From sequence record SRR20825006_2320: a stretch of 40,830 nt of DNA. One strand, given 5' to 3'. Of this stretch, positions 26,969-37,398 are shown in pieces. The notes beneath the pieces were generated by a model. That model was not told where the DNA came from and searched no databases. It saw only the letters and a list, made by a program, of their open reading frames with translations. Position 1 is the first letter of the stretch. Each line of letters starts with the position of its first letter. The translations under genes and the position numbers were made by a program.

Positions 26969-27757
26969 GGCCTTGTTGCATAGATCGACTGCAGCCTGGA
27001 ACGCGCCGTCCCCGAGACGGAATTCAGGCGGTGCGTTCGGCGGTGCGTTCGAAAGTGGGCTGACCAAGTCCGGTCATCCGGTGGAGAATCCGGGCGCCAA
27101 TCTTGGCGTCTGTCTTCTGATTTGCGTAGGAGCGCGCTTTCAGCTTGGTCTCGATGACAGCTTTCCAGCGGCCCATTTGGGTTTCCCCTCGGTTCCGTTG
27201 TTTGTAGCGTGAGATCTTCTGTCAAGCCATCCGCCCGTGGACATGATCTGTGCAATAGCCCGGTCGCGTGGTGTCGGAGGTAGCGCCGCGCTCGGCCTCA
27301 AGGTTGTGTTTTTGGGAGGCAGGAACGCAATCTCGATCAGTCCGCCAAAGTGGTCGACGAGAAGATCACGTGTTAAGCTGCCGCCGTAAGCCCCGTCTGC
27401 GAGGAATAGCTCAACTGGGCCGTCGACTTGATCCAACGGGTCCGGAACGGCGTTGGGACGCCGATGTCGTCCGTGGTCAGATCCAAGCAGACAATCTTGG
27501 CTGACAAGATCACGCCTTGCGTTTGCCGCAGAGGCTGCTTGAGGATCAGGCCCAGCGTCAGACACATCTCTATCGCCAGATCAGAATAGTGTGGCTGCCC
27601 GCCGCGCGTCGTTGTCTTCCGGCCCGTTGATCACCCGGTGCCTTTGTTTCAGGATCTTGTCACAGCGATCAGCGAGGAACGTGTGCGGTATTTATGACAC
27701 CCTGAACGAAACAAACCGCATCAATATCAGCGCAGGACCGATCCATGCAACACGGCT
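26969..27757 (-). mobile_element. Internally deleted IS5-family (IS903-like) element with both terminal inverted repeats
   Basis: IRs GGCCTTGTTGCATAGATC (26969-26986) and GATCCATGCAACACGGCT (27740-27757), 15/18 complementary; transposase fragments PHTFLADRCDKILKQRHRVIN, RGGQPHYSDLAIEMCLTL..QPLRQTQG, FLADGAY, ETQMGRWKAVI..FERTA* in different frames. Confidence 0.85.
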
Positions 27758-27766
27758 CTGTGGCGT

Positions 27767-28687
27767 CTATATGGCGTCGGCCATTGTTTGTACGCTTTCC
27801 AAAACGGCATCTTTGTCTCCGCGCAACAAACCCCGAGCTTCATTGCTATCTTTTGCGACACACAGACCGGTTGAAATGGCATCCGCAAGTGCTGCGTTTT
27901 GGGCACTGACGGAGACCTGCCGGATGTCCGTTTCCAAAATTCCGCCATGGCGCGGGTCAAGGATGTGGCCGATTTGGCCAGTCGCGCTCAAGCGCGTTCC
28001 AAAAGGCGCGGATGTGGCCAAGGCCCGCCCCGTCAAGGCGCGCGTTTTCACTTCGCCCGCGATCGTAACAGGCCAAGCGGCTTGCCCATGCGGCGCGCCC
28101 ATGGCAATGATTTCCCCGGTATCTATCAGCACATCTTCGATCCCCTCGCGGCGCATCAATACCGCGATGCGGTCGGCGATATACCCCTGTGCAATCCCAT
28201 TCAGTGTCAATTGCTGACCCGCTGACATACGAATGCCTTCGCTGTCAAATGACACACGATCAAATCCAATCCGTGCCCGTGCGGCGGATATTTCGGTATC
28301 ATCAGCGGGGCGACCCATACTATAGGCATCGGCCAATACGCGCCAAAGCGGTTGTACGGTCGGGTCAAATCGACCCTCCGTGAGGCGATGCGCGTGGCGG
28401 GCGATGGACAGGCATTCCAGGAGTTCAAACGAGGGGGCCTCCAGATGGCCTGCGGCGTTCAGTTGGACGAGCTCCGAATGGCTGCGATACAGGCTAAAAA
28501 TATCTTCTAGGCGGGAGATTTCTCCAAGCGCACGTTGAGTGATGCCCTTTGCATTCGGATGATCAAGGATGATCCGCGCACGGGCCCCCAATGCGGTGCC
28601 CTGCCATTGAAACGCATGCGCGGACGGGGCGATCAGGCAAGACGCGCAAGCCATTGAAATAAAACGGCGACGGGTCATAAATGTCAT
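27767..28687 (-). CDS. nosX: NosX, ApbE-family FAD:protein FMN transferase
   Basis: Tat motif TRRRFI, FDPTVQPLW, LNGIAQGY, ALATS, GHILDP, ADAIST. Confidence 0.93.
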   Translation of the reverse strand: MTFMTRRRFISMACASCLIAPSAHAFQWQGTALGARARIILDHPNAKGITQRALGEISRLEDIFSLYRSHSELVQLNAAGHLEAPSFELLECLSIARHAHRLTEGRFDPTVQPLWRVLADAYSMGRPADDTEISAARARIGFDRVSFDSEGIRMSAGQQLTLNGIAQGYIADRIAVLMRREGIEDVLIDTGEIIAMGAPHGQAAWPVTIAGEVKTRALTGRALATSAPFGTRLSATGQIGHILDPRHGGILETDIRQVSVSAQNAALADAISTGLCVAKDSNEARGLLRGDKDAVLESVQTMADAI

Positions 28688-28688
28688 A

Positions 28689-29252
28689 TCAGTTTGTCCT
28701 GTCTTTGGGGGCCAATGCGCGCAATCGGTTGGCAATGTCGGATTGATTTGAGGGTGCCGGCTCTACGGCGGCCGCCGCCAATACATCTTGTGCTGTGATG
28801 TCCTCAAACCGGAGCAAAGTACCGCCGTGGCGCTTGGTAAAGGCGACGGCAGCCGCCTTGCTGGAAAAGGGTACGAACTCAGAGGCTTCCATGCCGCCCA
28901 TTTGATCGGAGCCCACCACATAAATAGCTTGGTCCGCGGCGATCCAAGCGCCCGGTTTGGCCCAACTTGCCGCATCTGCCATATCCTGAACATAGGCGAC
29001 CTCTACGGCGTGGCTCTGTTCAGGCATGTGCAGATAGGCGATTGTGTCTCTGACCTGAGAGAAAAAGATCGGGGCAAGCAACCCTGCAAGGTGGATTTGT
29101 CCCTTGGGACCGTCATGTTCCAGCAGGTCCATCTGACAATAGTACCCCACGGCTTCTGCTGACATCTCAACCGGCTGTGGCAATGCGACGGTTTCTGTCT
29201 TGCACGCGCTCAGCGACAGCACCGCCAATGCGATCAAAATACTCCGCGTCAT
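28689..29252 (-). CDS. nosL: NosL copper chaperone lipoprotein
   Basis: Lipobox LSAC, YCQM..HDGPKGQ, MGGM...VPF motifs. Confidence 0.93.
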   Translation of the reverse strand: MTRSILIALAVLSLSACKTETVALPQPVEMSAEAVGYYCQMDLLEHDGPKGQIHLAGLLAPIFFSQVRDTIAYLHMPEQSHAVEVAYVQDMADAASWAKPGAWIAADQAIYVVGSDQMGGMEASEFVPFSSKAAAVAFTKRHGGTLLRFEDITAQDVLAAAAVEPAPSNQSDIANRLRALAPKDRTN

Positions 29253-30079
29253 GGTTCGACCCTTTCAAATGCGCCCCGTGCAAGACCAGCGGCCAGAACC
29301 ACCCAGACCAGCAGCGATGCCAGTGGCTTCCAGAGCGCGATGGATTGCGCCGCTCCCGCGAGGCCGGACGCCGCGCCAACCGCGTCGGATGCGGCCAAGT
29401 TATAAATCCGGAAAGCGTCAGCGGGATTGGCAACCAACAACCATGGGAACACATCTGTGGTGAAACCCCCGCCATCGTCCGCGACAATGGCCGCCAGAAG
29501 TCCCAGATCGTAGAGAACAACCGTTACCAACCATACCCCAATGGCAAGCCCGGCGGCAGCCGAAGGGCGACGCGACAGGCCAGAGATCATCTGTCCGAGC
29601 GATAAAAACACCGCCCCCAGCAACACCGAGGTCCAGATCAATCGCAGCAGGGCTGGCAGCCCGTCCATTGCGTCCCCACCGCTGAACCAAAAGGCGACCA
29701 GCGCTGCTGTGCCATAGCCGAGAGAGACAGCAACGATAATCAGCACCAGTTGCGCAGACAGCTTGCCGACCAGCAATTCGCCCCGGCTGACCGGATAGGC
29801 CAGATACAACGGCAGCGTCCCCCGCTCGATCTCTCCGGCGATGGCGTCGAATGAGATGACCAACGCCATCAACGGCACCAAATAAACCGACAAAGACGTC
29901 AGGCTGGCAACGGTGACGGACAAGCGATCGGCCCCCACCGCGCCAGTTGGGGCCGCTCCGGCAATGGCCAAAACCAGAGAAAACAACACCATCAAGACAA
30001 CCGCGATGCTGAGCCAGCGATTGCGCAGGGCAATGGCAAATTCAATTTGGAAGGTGGAAAGCACGCGCAACAACATCAC
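29249..30079 (-). CDS. nosY: NosY ABC permease
   Basis: RNRW, YLVPL, DAIAGEIERGTL, NPADAFR motifs. Confidence 0.94.
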   Translation of the reverse strand: MMLLRVLSTFQIEFAIALRNRWLSIAVVLMVLFSLVLAIAGAAPTGAVGADRLSVTVASLTSLSVYLVPLMALVISFDAIAGEIERGTLPLYLAYPVSRGELLVGKLSAQLVLIIVAVSLGYGTAALVAFWFSGGDAMDGLPALLRLIWTSVLLGAVFLSLGQMISGLSRRPSAAAGLAIGVWLVTVVLYDLGLLAAIVADDGGGFTTDVFPWLLVANPADAFRIYNLAASDAVGAASGLAGAAQSIALWKPLASLLVWVVLAAGLARGAFERVEP

Positions 30080-30966
30080 GCAGCGCTCCTGCTGATTTGA
30101 ACATAGATGTCGTCAAGACTTGGCGGCAGAATGTCGAAATCCTGTATCATATCGCCCAAGGCCGCGATCCGGGCCAGAATACCCAGCTTGTCGGCCTGCA
30201 TGCAGTCCACTATCAAGATCTCGCCCGCGTGTCGCGCCTCTGGAAAGACGCTGACGATCTGCGGTGAACATCCTTGTCGGGGGTGTATATGTACAGTCAA
30301 AGGCAGGTCTGCGCCGCTGCGCAGCTTGCTGAGCGATCCGTCGGCGACCTTGCGGCCCTTGGACAAGATCGCGATGCGGTCGGTGCGGACCTCCACCTCG
30401 GACAGCGCATGGGACGACATCAATATTGCCGTACCGCGCGAGGCCAATTCATCGAGCAAGGCATAAAATTCCCGGCGCGACACGGGATCAAGCCCCGTTG
30501 TCGGTTCGTCCAGCACCATCAGCGCGGGACTGCCGATTAACGCCTGCGCGAGGCCAACACGTTGTCGCATGCCTTTTGAATATGTCCCGATCCGCCGCCG
30601 GGCTGCATCAGCCAGCCCGACCTTGGCTAGCAATCCGTCCGCTTCTTGTGCCGAACGGCCGCGCAGCCGCAGAAAGTGGTGGATTTGTTCACGCCCTGTC
30701 AGCGCGGGATGAAAGGCGATGTTTTCTGGCAGATAAGCGGTCAGATCACGCGCACTGCGCGACCCCGGTGCGTAGCCCGAGATCGTGAGGGTGCCAGAGG
30801 ACGGCGGCAGCAGGCCCAACACCATTTTCATCAACGTCGATTTGCCTGCGCCATTGTGGCCCAGCAAGGCCACGCGTTCGCCCGGCGCGATGGATAAATC
30901 CACGTTGTCCAATGCGGCTTGGCCGCCGTAGCGCTTAGTCAGGTTGGAAATCTGTAGCATCGTCAT
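30076..30966 (-). CDS. nosF: NosF ABC ATPase
   Basis: GHNGAGKS, YSKGMRQR, LDEPTTGLDP. Confidence 0.94.
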   Translation of the reverse strand: MTMLQISNLTKRYGGQAALDNVDLSIAPGERVALLGHNGAGKSTLMKMVLGLLPPSSGTLTISGYAPGSRSARDLTAYLPENIAFHPALTGREQIHHFLRLRGRSAQEADGLLAKVGLADAARRRIGTYSKGMRQRVGLAQALIGSPALMVLDEPTTGLDPVSRREFYALLDELASRGTAILMSSHALSEVEVRTDRIAILSKGRKVADGSLSKLRSGADLPLTVHIHPRQGCSPQIVSVFPEARHAGEILIVDCMQADKLGILARIAALGDMIQDFDILPPSLDDIYVQISRSAA

Positions 30967-32263
30967 GGCTTGCTCCGGTTGCCCAATGTGGTGTCGATTG
31001 GGCGAGTAACAATAGGTTCTGTGGTATCGTCAGCTTGGGTGCCACAATCAGCGGGTGACTGTCGATCACGCCCCCGATCGCGGTCGCGGGGAACTGTTCT
31101 TGGCTCCAACGGACGAGCTGAACCGCTGGCGACCCGATCAGCAGCTTGGCGGCGGGTTGAGACCACAGGATGTGGTCCATCACATCGTTGGGGCGATAGG
31201 TGCTGTCGGCGCGATCATCTCCGTTCAGGTCGAACGACGGATGATCCGACCAGAAATTCCCACGCCCCTCAAAGCTCCACTCGACATCACTTGCGCCAAC
31301 ATATTTGACCTGTGTGTGGTTGCCGATAAAAGCATTGCCCGTGACGGTGTTGCGCTCAGACCCGGCGGTGAAATGAATCCCGATATCGCAGCCATTAAAG
31401 CTGTTTTCAGCCAGCAGGTTGTTGTGTGAATTATAGACAAAAGCGCATTTTTCCGCGCCGCCGCTTACCTGATTGGCAAAAACATCGGACTTGTTGGTAT
31501 AGTTCAGCATCACGCCATAATCGCGGTCGTTGATCGAGATATTGTCACGCGCCACGATCCGGTCGGAATACATCATGGCAAACCCAAGATGGTTGCCGAT
31601 ACTGACATTGCCCGAGATTTCGCTGTCATTGGTATACATGTAATGCACAGCAAAGCGCAGGTCTCGAAACAGATTGCCGCGATAGATGTTGTGTTTGGAC
31701 ACGTTGGAAAATATCCCATCACGGCCATAGCGAATGTCGTTGTCTTTGACGATCGATCCCGGTGCATTCCAGACATAGACACCGTTTCCACGATCATTCA
31801 TACGCGAGAGTTGCAGGCCCTCGATCCGGTTGCCTTGGACCAGCGCATCACGGGCACCATGAATATCGACACCAATCAAATTGCCCTTGAGATCGTTGTT
31901 CAACACCTGCGCACCGCGTGCCTTTTGGGTCAGCTTGACCCCGGCATCTCCCGGCTCATGAACGCGGCCTGAATTGATCAGCGTCAGCGATTGAATGGTT
32001 ACATCGGGGGCGTCAACCGTAACGACAGATCCCACCCCGCCTGCGTCGATGATAGCCCCTGTCGTGCCAGTCAATGTCAGTGGGATTTCAATATGCACCG
32101 GGCCCGCATAGTGGCCCGATGCGAGAACAATCTCGTCCCCCGCACGTGCCGCCCACAACGCGCGCGCTAGCGCACCGTCACCGGGTTGCACATCAATCCG
32201 GTCCGCCAAAGCAGGCAAGGCGGCACAGATCAACGCAAAGGCAAGAGGGACGAGACGTGTCAT
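30935..32263 (-). CDS. nosD: NosD periplasmic maturation protein
   Basis: RGNGVYVWN, RDGIF, LRFAVHYMY, GIHFTAGSE, GNFWSD; start overlaps the nosZ stop (TGATG). Confidence 0.95.
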   Translation of the reverse strand: MTRLVPLAFALICAALPALADRIDVQPGDGALARALWAARAGDEIVLASGHYAGPVHIEIPLTLTGTTGAIIDAGGVGSVVTVDAPDVTIQSLTLINSGRVHEPGDAGVKLTQKARGAQVLNNDLKGNLIGVDIHGARDALVQGNRIEGLQLSRMNDRGNGVYVWNAPGSIVKDNDIRYGRDGIFSNVSKHNIYRGNLFRDLRFAVHYMYTNDSEISGNVSIGNHLGFAMMYSDRIVARDNISINDRDYGVMLNYTNKSDVFANQVSGGAEKCAFVYNSHNNLLAENSFNGCDIGIHFTAGSERNTVTGNAFIGNHTQVKYVGASDVEWSFEGRGNFWSDHPSFDLNGDDRADSTYRPNDVMDHILWSQPAAKLLIGSPAVQLVRWSQEQFPATAIGGVIDSHPLIVAPKLTIPQNLLLLAQSTPHWATGASHDDATDFQPD

Positions 32264-34203
32264 CAGGCTTTCGGCTCCACAAGCATACGGCCGCGCATTT
32301 CCATGTGCAGGGCATGGCAGAACCACTGGCAATAGTACCAGTACACGCCGGGTTTTGCGGCGATGAAGGTGACCGACGCGGTCGCCTGCGGCCCGATTTC
32401 CATCGCAACGCCGTGATTGCCCAAAGTGAACCCGTGGGTCAGATCGTCGATGTCATCAAGGTTGGTGACATAGACGGTCACCTCGTCTCCCTCTTTGACG
32501 GTAAAGCTCGACAGGCTGAACTCTGGTGCTTGGCTGGACATCCACACCCGAACCTTATTGCCATCGCGGATGACCGTGTCTTGCCAGTCATCAATGTCGA
32601 TGCCATCAATTTCGGCCTGTGCGCGGGCGTCAGCCCACATCGGATCATGGCGATCCCAAACATCCACCGGGTTGACGATATCACGGCGCACAAGGATCAC
32701 ATCATGCGGTTCCGCAAAGGTTGGCCCGTCATGTACCACCTTCATGTCATCGGTCGAAATGTCGATGATCTGCTCGTTTTCGGGCTTCAACGGGCCAACG
32801 TTGATGAACCGGTCCTTGGAGAACTTATTAAGTGAAATCAACCAGTTGCCATCTGCTTCCTTGGTTTCGCCCATGGTGGTATGGTTGTGACCGGGTTGAT
32901 AATGCACATCGACCTTCGAGACGATGGGATCGACATCTGCGCCAGCGTAGGCCTCGACGGCCTTGGCAATGTCCCACTTTACGATCTGACTGTCGAGGAA
33001 CAGCGTCGTATAGGCAAACCCTTTGCCATCAAATGCGGTGTGAAGTGGACCCAGACCCAACTCCGGCTCAGCCACCACAGCCGAGCGCGGATCGGCGTCT
33101 TCCTCGAACAGCGCGTCCAGCTTGGTCACATCCAGCACCGTGCAGGTCGGCGATAGCTTGCCCGCGATCACTACGTGCTTCATGTCTGGTGCCGTGTTGA
33201 TCCCATGCGGGCTGTTGGGCACCGGAATGTACCGGGTGTATTTCTTGTTTTGGCCTTTACGTCCGTCAATCACCTTGACGCCGTTCAGCTCGATGTAATC
33301 CCCTGCCGCGATACCTGCTTCGATCTCCGCGAGGTTGAACACCACCGCGTGGTCGCGTTCGGCTTCCATCATCTCCGGTAGGGTCATGCCCATTTCCGAG
33401 TTATACGAGGTCGAAAAGGCATATTTACCCTGATAGTCGCAATCGGTGTTGTCGAGGTTGCCCGACACCATCACTTGCCACGCGATTTCCATCGTGTCGC
33501 CGTCAAGCGCGGTGAAAAAGTTTACATATTTTTCCGGTTCATCCAGTACAGACCCGTCATTCACCATTGGCGTTTCGTCTTCACCATTGGCAAACACATA
33601 ACCGGTCCGCGGGAATTTCTGTGGACGCAGGCCGTGGATCGCCTTGGCATTGGGGATGTCGACGATCTTGTCGCATTTCATCACATCACAACGCACGCGG
33701 GCCACACGGGTGTTGGCCTTGTCGTTCACGAAAATAAAACGGCCATCATAGGTGCCATCGGTGAAGGACATGTGCGGGTGGTGCAAATCGCCGTTGTCGT
33801 GGACCTTTTTGCCCTGCGCCGCCAGATATTCCTTGGTCTGGGGCATCATGTCTTGGGTCAGGATCTTGAGGCTTTCGTTGGTCTGGCCCCACCCTGTCGC
33901 GGAGCAGCGATTGAACACGGGCACCCGCATCAATTCGCGCATGGACGGGAAGCCAAGGATACGCAATTCGCCGGTTTGGCCCGAGGACCAGAAGCCATAG
34001 TAATCGTCCAACTCACCCGGCACCGGGCTCAGGTGATCGCTGGCCTGTGCCATCGCTGCGCCGGTGCCTGCCGCTGTCGCCGCGACAGCACCACCTGCCA
34101 ACAAGCCCAGCCTGCCACTCGTGCCGCCCAAAAGTGCAGCACCGGTGGCCGAGGCCCCTATAAACCCGCGCCGACTTAGGCCTTTTTTGTCCACATCAGA
34201 CAT
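32263..34203 (-). CDS. nosZ: Tat-dependent (clade I) nitrous oxide reductase
   Basis: SRRGFIG Tat signal; CuZ His motifs DLHHPH, IHG, PHG, GPLH, QPGH, EPHD; Cu[14 protein letters not shown]. Confidence 0.98.
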   Translation of the reverse strand: MSDVDKKGLSRRGFIGASATGAALLGGTSGRLGLLAGGAVAATAAGTGAAMAQASDHLSPVPGELDDYYGFWSSGQTGELRILGFPSMRELMRVPVFNRCSATGWGQTNESLKILTQDMMPQTKEYLAAQGKKVHDNGDLHHPHMSFTDGTYDGRFIFVNDKANTRVARVRCDVMKCDKIVDIPNAKAIHGLRPQKFPRTGYVFANGEDETPMVNDGSVLDEPEKYVNFFTALDGDTMEIAWQVMVSGNLDNTDCDYQGKYAFSTSYNSEMGMTLPEMMEAERDHAVVFNLAEIEAGIAAGDYIELNGVKVIDGRKGQNKKYTRYIPVPNSPHGINTAPDMKHVVIAGKLSPTCTVLDVTKLDALFEEDADPRSAVVAEPELGLGPLHTAFDGKGFAYTTLFLDSQIVKWDIAKAVEAYAGADVDPIVSKVDVHYQPGHNHTTMGETKEADGNWLISLNKFSKDRFINVGPLKPENEQIIDISTDDMKVVHDGPTFAEPHDVILVRRDIVNPVDVWDRHDPMWADARAQAEIDGIDIDDWQDTVIRDGNKVRVWMSSQAPEFSLSSFTVKEGDEVTVYVTNLDDIDDLTHGFTLGNHGVAMEIGPQATASVTFIAAKPGVYWYYCQWFCHALHMEMRGRMLVEPKA

Positions 34204-36430
34204 CTTGAAGCTCCTTTCTTGAGTTCTTCACGTTGGGATGATTTGCAATTCGAGCGTCCAAAGCCGCATCAGATGAGCTGGCCTTGGCGCGCCGTTTCAT
34301 TTTCTTAATGACAACGGGGCATTTTGCTTCGGATTGGTACAACACCTGACAGTGCAGGCAGTTGATGCATTCGTTCGGATTGATTTCACCGGTTGGGTGG
34401 ATCGCATCGACGGGGCATTCATGGGCACAGGTTTGGCAGGGGTTGCCGCATTCATGATACCGTTTCAGCCAGTCAAACATCCGCAGTCGTGCCGGGATGG
34501 CCAGCGCCGCGCCCAGCGGGCACAGATAGCGGCAAAAGAACCGTTCGACGAAAAGCCCCGCGATCAGCAAGGCCGCGACATAGGCGACAAAAGGCCAAGC
34601 GCGCATGAATTTCAGAATGATGGCGGTCTTGAACGGTTCGATTTCGGCCAAATGTTCGGCCTGCTCAATGGAGTAGAGCGAGACCCCGAACAGCCCGAGG
34701 AAGATCATGTATTTGATCGGCCAGAGGCGTTCGTGCAGCCCCCACGGCAGTTGCACCTGTGGGATGTGCAGCGCGCGGCCAATGCGATTGGTCAATTCTT
34801 GCAAAGCACCGAAGGGGCAAAGCCAGCCGCAATAAGCGCCACGCCCCCAGAACAGCAACGCTGTGGCGACGGCAAACCACAAAATGAACGTCAGTGGGTC
34901 CAACAGGAACGCTTGCCAGCTAAAATCCGTGACCAACGCGCCGAACAGTGCCATCAGGTTTACGACTGAAAGCTGCGCATTGGCGTACCAGCCCAGAAAC
35001 ACCAGAGTGACAGTCAGGAATGACATCCGGAACCAGAAATAGAACCGCGCCGAGCGTGTCACATATTGCTGGAAAAAGAACACCAGCGTCAGAACCGCCA
35101 GCATCGCCAACAATCCCGCAATTTCGATGGTTTTATCTTCCCAAATCCGCTTCCAAAGTGCGGATTGCGCAGCGGCTTCGACCTGTTCTCCTGACGCCGA
35201 GGCCGTCGATTGTGTGGGCTGTTCAGATACGGTCTTGCGTTGGTATTGTGATGGCAGCTGATAGCTGAGTTCAAACGTGGTAAAAACCTTTTCGATGGCC
35301 GCAACGTCGCGGTGCACCAAGAGCTGAATGCGGAACGGCAACGTTGGATCAAAGCCACTGTCGGCTGGGATTTTGAACAGATCGCGTTCGGTAAACTCTG
35401 GTGCGTCATCGACCGCAATGAGCCCCATCCGACGGTGACCACGATCGCGAAAACGGACGGTCACGTCGTCTTGGATCAGCACGATCCGGTCAAAGATACC
35501 GCCGCGCACATAGCCCGATCCCTTAAAGGAATATAGGCCACGCCCGACGATGACGATGGCGTTTTCACCTGGCTCCAACCAGCCCTGAAGATTGCTGTTT
35601 TCCGCGTCGCCCAAAATGGCTTTACCGATGCTGGGCACGCTGACCAGTGCGGCTTGCATGTCGATAAAAGTGGCCTCTGTCGGCTCTGTCAGGGCCCGTT
35701 TGGCGGTGCGCGGATCGTTCATCGCGGCAAAAGCGGCGTTGATTTGCCCCACGTCCAGCGACAGACGTCTGACAGTGCCATCGCCTTCCATCTCCATCCA
35801 GCTGTCTGGTGCCGTGGCGTCTGGGTCGATCTCAAAACTGTGGTCGGCTGATGTCGTCGCCTGTAACCCACCCAGACCCAACGCCCGGGCCACTTTGAGC
35901 CCCGCGCGGATGATACCGTCGTCAATCACCATAACGGTCACGGTCGCGCCCGAAATAATGTTAAGATCATGGGCAGAGCCACGCGCTTGGGCCTCTGCCA
36001 CAAGATCAATGCCGCGATAATCATGCACCATCGCTTTGATCTTGCTGTCAGGAATGCCGATCAACACGATCGGCTCGGAATGCTTGATCAGTTCGACGCC
36101 CAGAACCCGCGCGTCTTGATCGACGGCCACCATCGTATGGATCGGTTTTCCAGAATAGCCCGTGGTTCCGACGAAATCCGAAGTGATGAAAACATATCCG
36201 ATTTCAGCGCCCTGGCGTAGCAAAGGTGCCACGGGAACATCGTCACGAATCGGACCAAAGGCGTCACTGCCCTCGACAATTTCATTGGGATTTATCTGAG
36301 ATATATACTGTGAAAGCACAGTCGGCGCTGTTTGCGAGAGCGCGGGATTGGCCGAAAGACTCGCCAGCAGCATCAAGGCCAGCGGAGCCAGTAAGCGAAA
36401 GATCGTTAGGTCTCGTGGTGTGGGCAACAT
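34196..36430 (-). CDS. nosR: NosR flavo-iron-sulfur membrane protein
   Basis: [14 protein letters not shown] (FMN-Thr), two CX3CP motifs, two 4Fe-4S motifs; ATG 36430 lies 1 nt after the upstream stop (alternative GTG 36460). Confidence 0.96.
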   Translation of the reverse strand: MLPTPRDLTIFRLLAPLALMLLASLSANPALSQTAPTVLSQYISQINPNEIVEGSDAFGPIRDDVPVAPLLRQGAEIGYVFITSDFVGTTGYSGKPIHTMVAVDQDARVLGVELIKHSEPIVLIGIPDSKIKAMVHDYRGIDLVAEAQARGSAHDLNIISGATVTVMVIDDGIIRAGLKVARALGLGGLQATTSADHSFEIDPDATAPDSWMEMEGDGTVRRLSLDVGQINAAFAAMNDPRTAKRALTEPTEATFIDMQAALVSVPSIGKAILGDAENSNLQGWLEPGENAIVIVGRGLYSFKGSGYVRGGIFDRIVLIQDDVTVRFRDRGHRRMGLIAVDDAPEFTERDLFKIPADSGFDPTLPFRIQLLVHRDVAAIEKVFTTFELSYQLPSQYQRKTVSEQPTQSTASASGEQVEAAAQSALWKRIWEDKTIEIAGLLAMLAVLTLVFFFQQYVTRSARFYFWFRMSFLTVTLVFLGWYANAQLSVVNLMALFGALVTDFSWQAFLLDPLTFILWFAVATALLFWGRGAYCGWLCPFGALQELTNRIGRALHIPQVQLPWGLHERLWPIKYMIFLGLFGVSLYSIEQAEHLAEIEPFKTAIILKFMRAWPFVAYVAALLIAGLFVERFFCRYLCPLGAALAIPARLRMFDWLKRYHECGNPCQTCAHECPVDAIHPTGEINPNECINCLHCQVLYQSEAKCPVVIKKMKRRAKASSSDAALDARIANHPNVKNSRKELQDV

Positions 36431-36431
36431 A

Positions 36432-36827
36432 TCAGGAAATGACCTTGCTAGGGGGCGCACGCGGCATTTTTATCGCTTGGCGCGAGATCAAGCGGATTGT
36501 TTCGGCGGCAAGACCCGCAACCAACTGTGTTTGAACAGATTTGCGGGGGAATGCAGCGGCGCTCGGCAAATCGAAACCGTAGATCAGAGTGCCGTGGGTA
36601 CAATGGCCGCAGGTGCTCTCCACAGGATCAACTGGGGTGCCATTTTGATCAAGCGTCACCTCGGCCTGACCGTTTTGGCCGCAGATCACCAATGTGGTCT
36701 GCCCGACGCGCGCAATTTCATGCGCCACCTGAAAATATCCAGCCGCCGACGTTGCGAGCGCAAGGCACACAGTCATTAGACCACCAAACATAAGGCCGCC
36801 AAAGGAAAGAATCAAGGAACGTCTCAT
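36432..36827 (-). CDS. NosC / DUF2946-like small protein with CXXC and C-terminal RAPP motif
   Basis: Hydrophobic N-terminus, LVICG, CGHCTH, ...KMPRAPPSKVIS*; directly upstream of nosR, where Paracoccus has nosC. Family call from motif recall. Confidence 0.72.
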   Translation of the reverse strand: MRRSLILSFGGLMFGGLMTVCLALATSAAGYFQVAHEIARVGQTTLVICGQNGQAEVTLDQNGTPVDPVESTCGHCTHGTLIYGFDLPSAAAFPRKSVQTQLVAGLAAETIRLISRQAIKMPRAPPSKVIS

Positions 36828-36834
36828 GGCGCTA

Positions 36835-36876
36835 ACATTAGGTGCGCCGTGTGACGCCTTATTTGCGCTGGAACAA
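36835..36876 (-). promoter_or_regulatory. Putative FNR/DNR/NnrR-dependent promoter of the nos operon
   Basis: TTGTTCCAGCGCAA (TTG-N8-CAA, 36876-36863) centred 42.5 nt upstream of ATG 36827; TAATGT -10-like hexamer 7 nt upstream of the ATG. Confidence 0.6.
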
Positions 36877-37119
36877 TGTTCGAAGGAAAAGATCCTTGAG
36901 CCGAATGCATGGTGTCATCGGGACCTCGGCGCAGGCGACGGCCGATATCCTCCATTGGACCGATACCAGCCCTTGGAGGGTACACCGCAAATTGACCTTC
37001 TGAATTCACCCCGTACAACGGCGAGGACGTCTACCGCAAAGGCTTGGCGTAGCCCGTCCATGAAGACGACCCAAGATCTCAAATTCCGATGACGTCCGAA
37101 ATAACGAGAGCGTTCTCGC

Positions 37120-37398
37120 GCCCGACAACAGGGCGGGCATGGCGCGGGCGCGGGGGCCGATCTCAAGATACTCCAGCAATTCCTGCACACGGCTTTTACC
37201 CGCCAGTTGCAACACCAAAGCCACGGTATCGGTGGCATTCAGGAAGGGCAGCAGGTTGTGGGCCTGAAAGATAAAACCGATCTTGTCGAGCCGCAGACGG
37301 CGCAGATCACCACGCAGCCAGCGATTGCCATAAACCTGTTCGCCATCAAGGCTGACCTGCCCAATGGATGGATCAACGATGCAACCGATGATGGTCAT
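37120..37398 (-). pseudogene. Fragment of a LolD/MacB-type ABC ATPase
   Basis: IIGCIVDPSIGQV..LRLDKIGFIFQAHNLLPFL..PALLSG; lacks Walker A and Walker B. Confidence 0.75.

Noticed and set aside
36395-36461. SD-sequestering hairpin over the nosR start
   Set aside because: Only 4-5 bp complementarities (AGGTC/GACCT, GCAA/TTGC) seen by eye; needs folding computation before any claim.
36645-36652. TTGATCAA as an FNR box for nosR
   Set aside because: Lacks the 4-nt spacer of TTGAT-N4-ATCAA and lies inside coding sequence.
36890-37110. Possible gene fragment upstream of the nos promoter
   Set aside because: Short frames with no family motif I can recognise; left unannotated.
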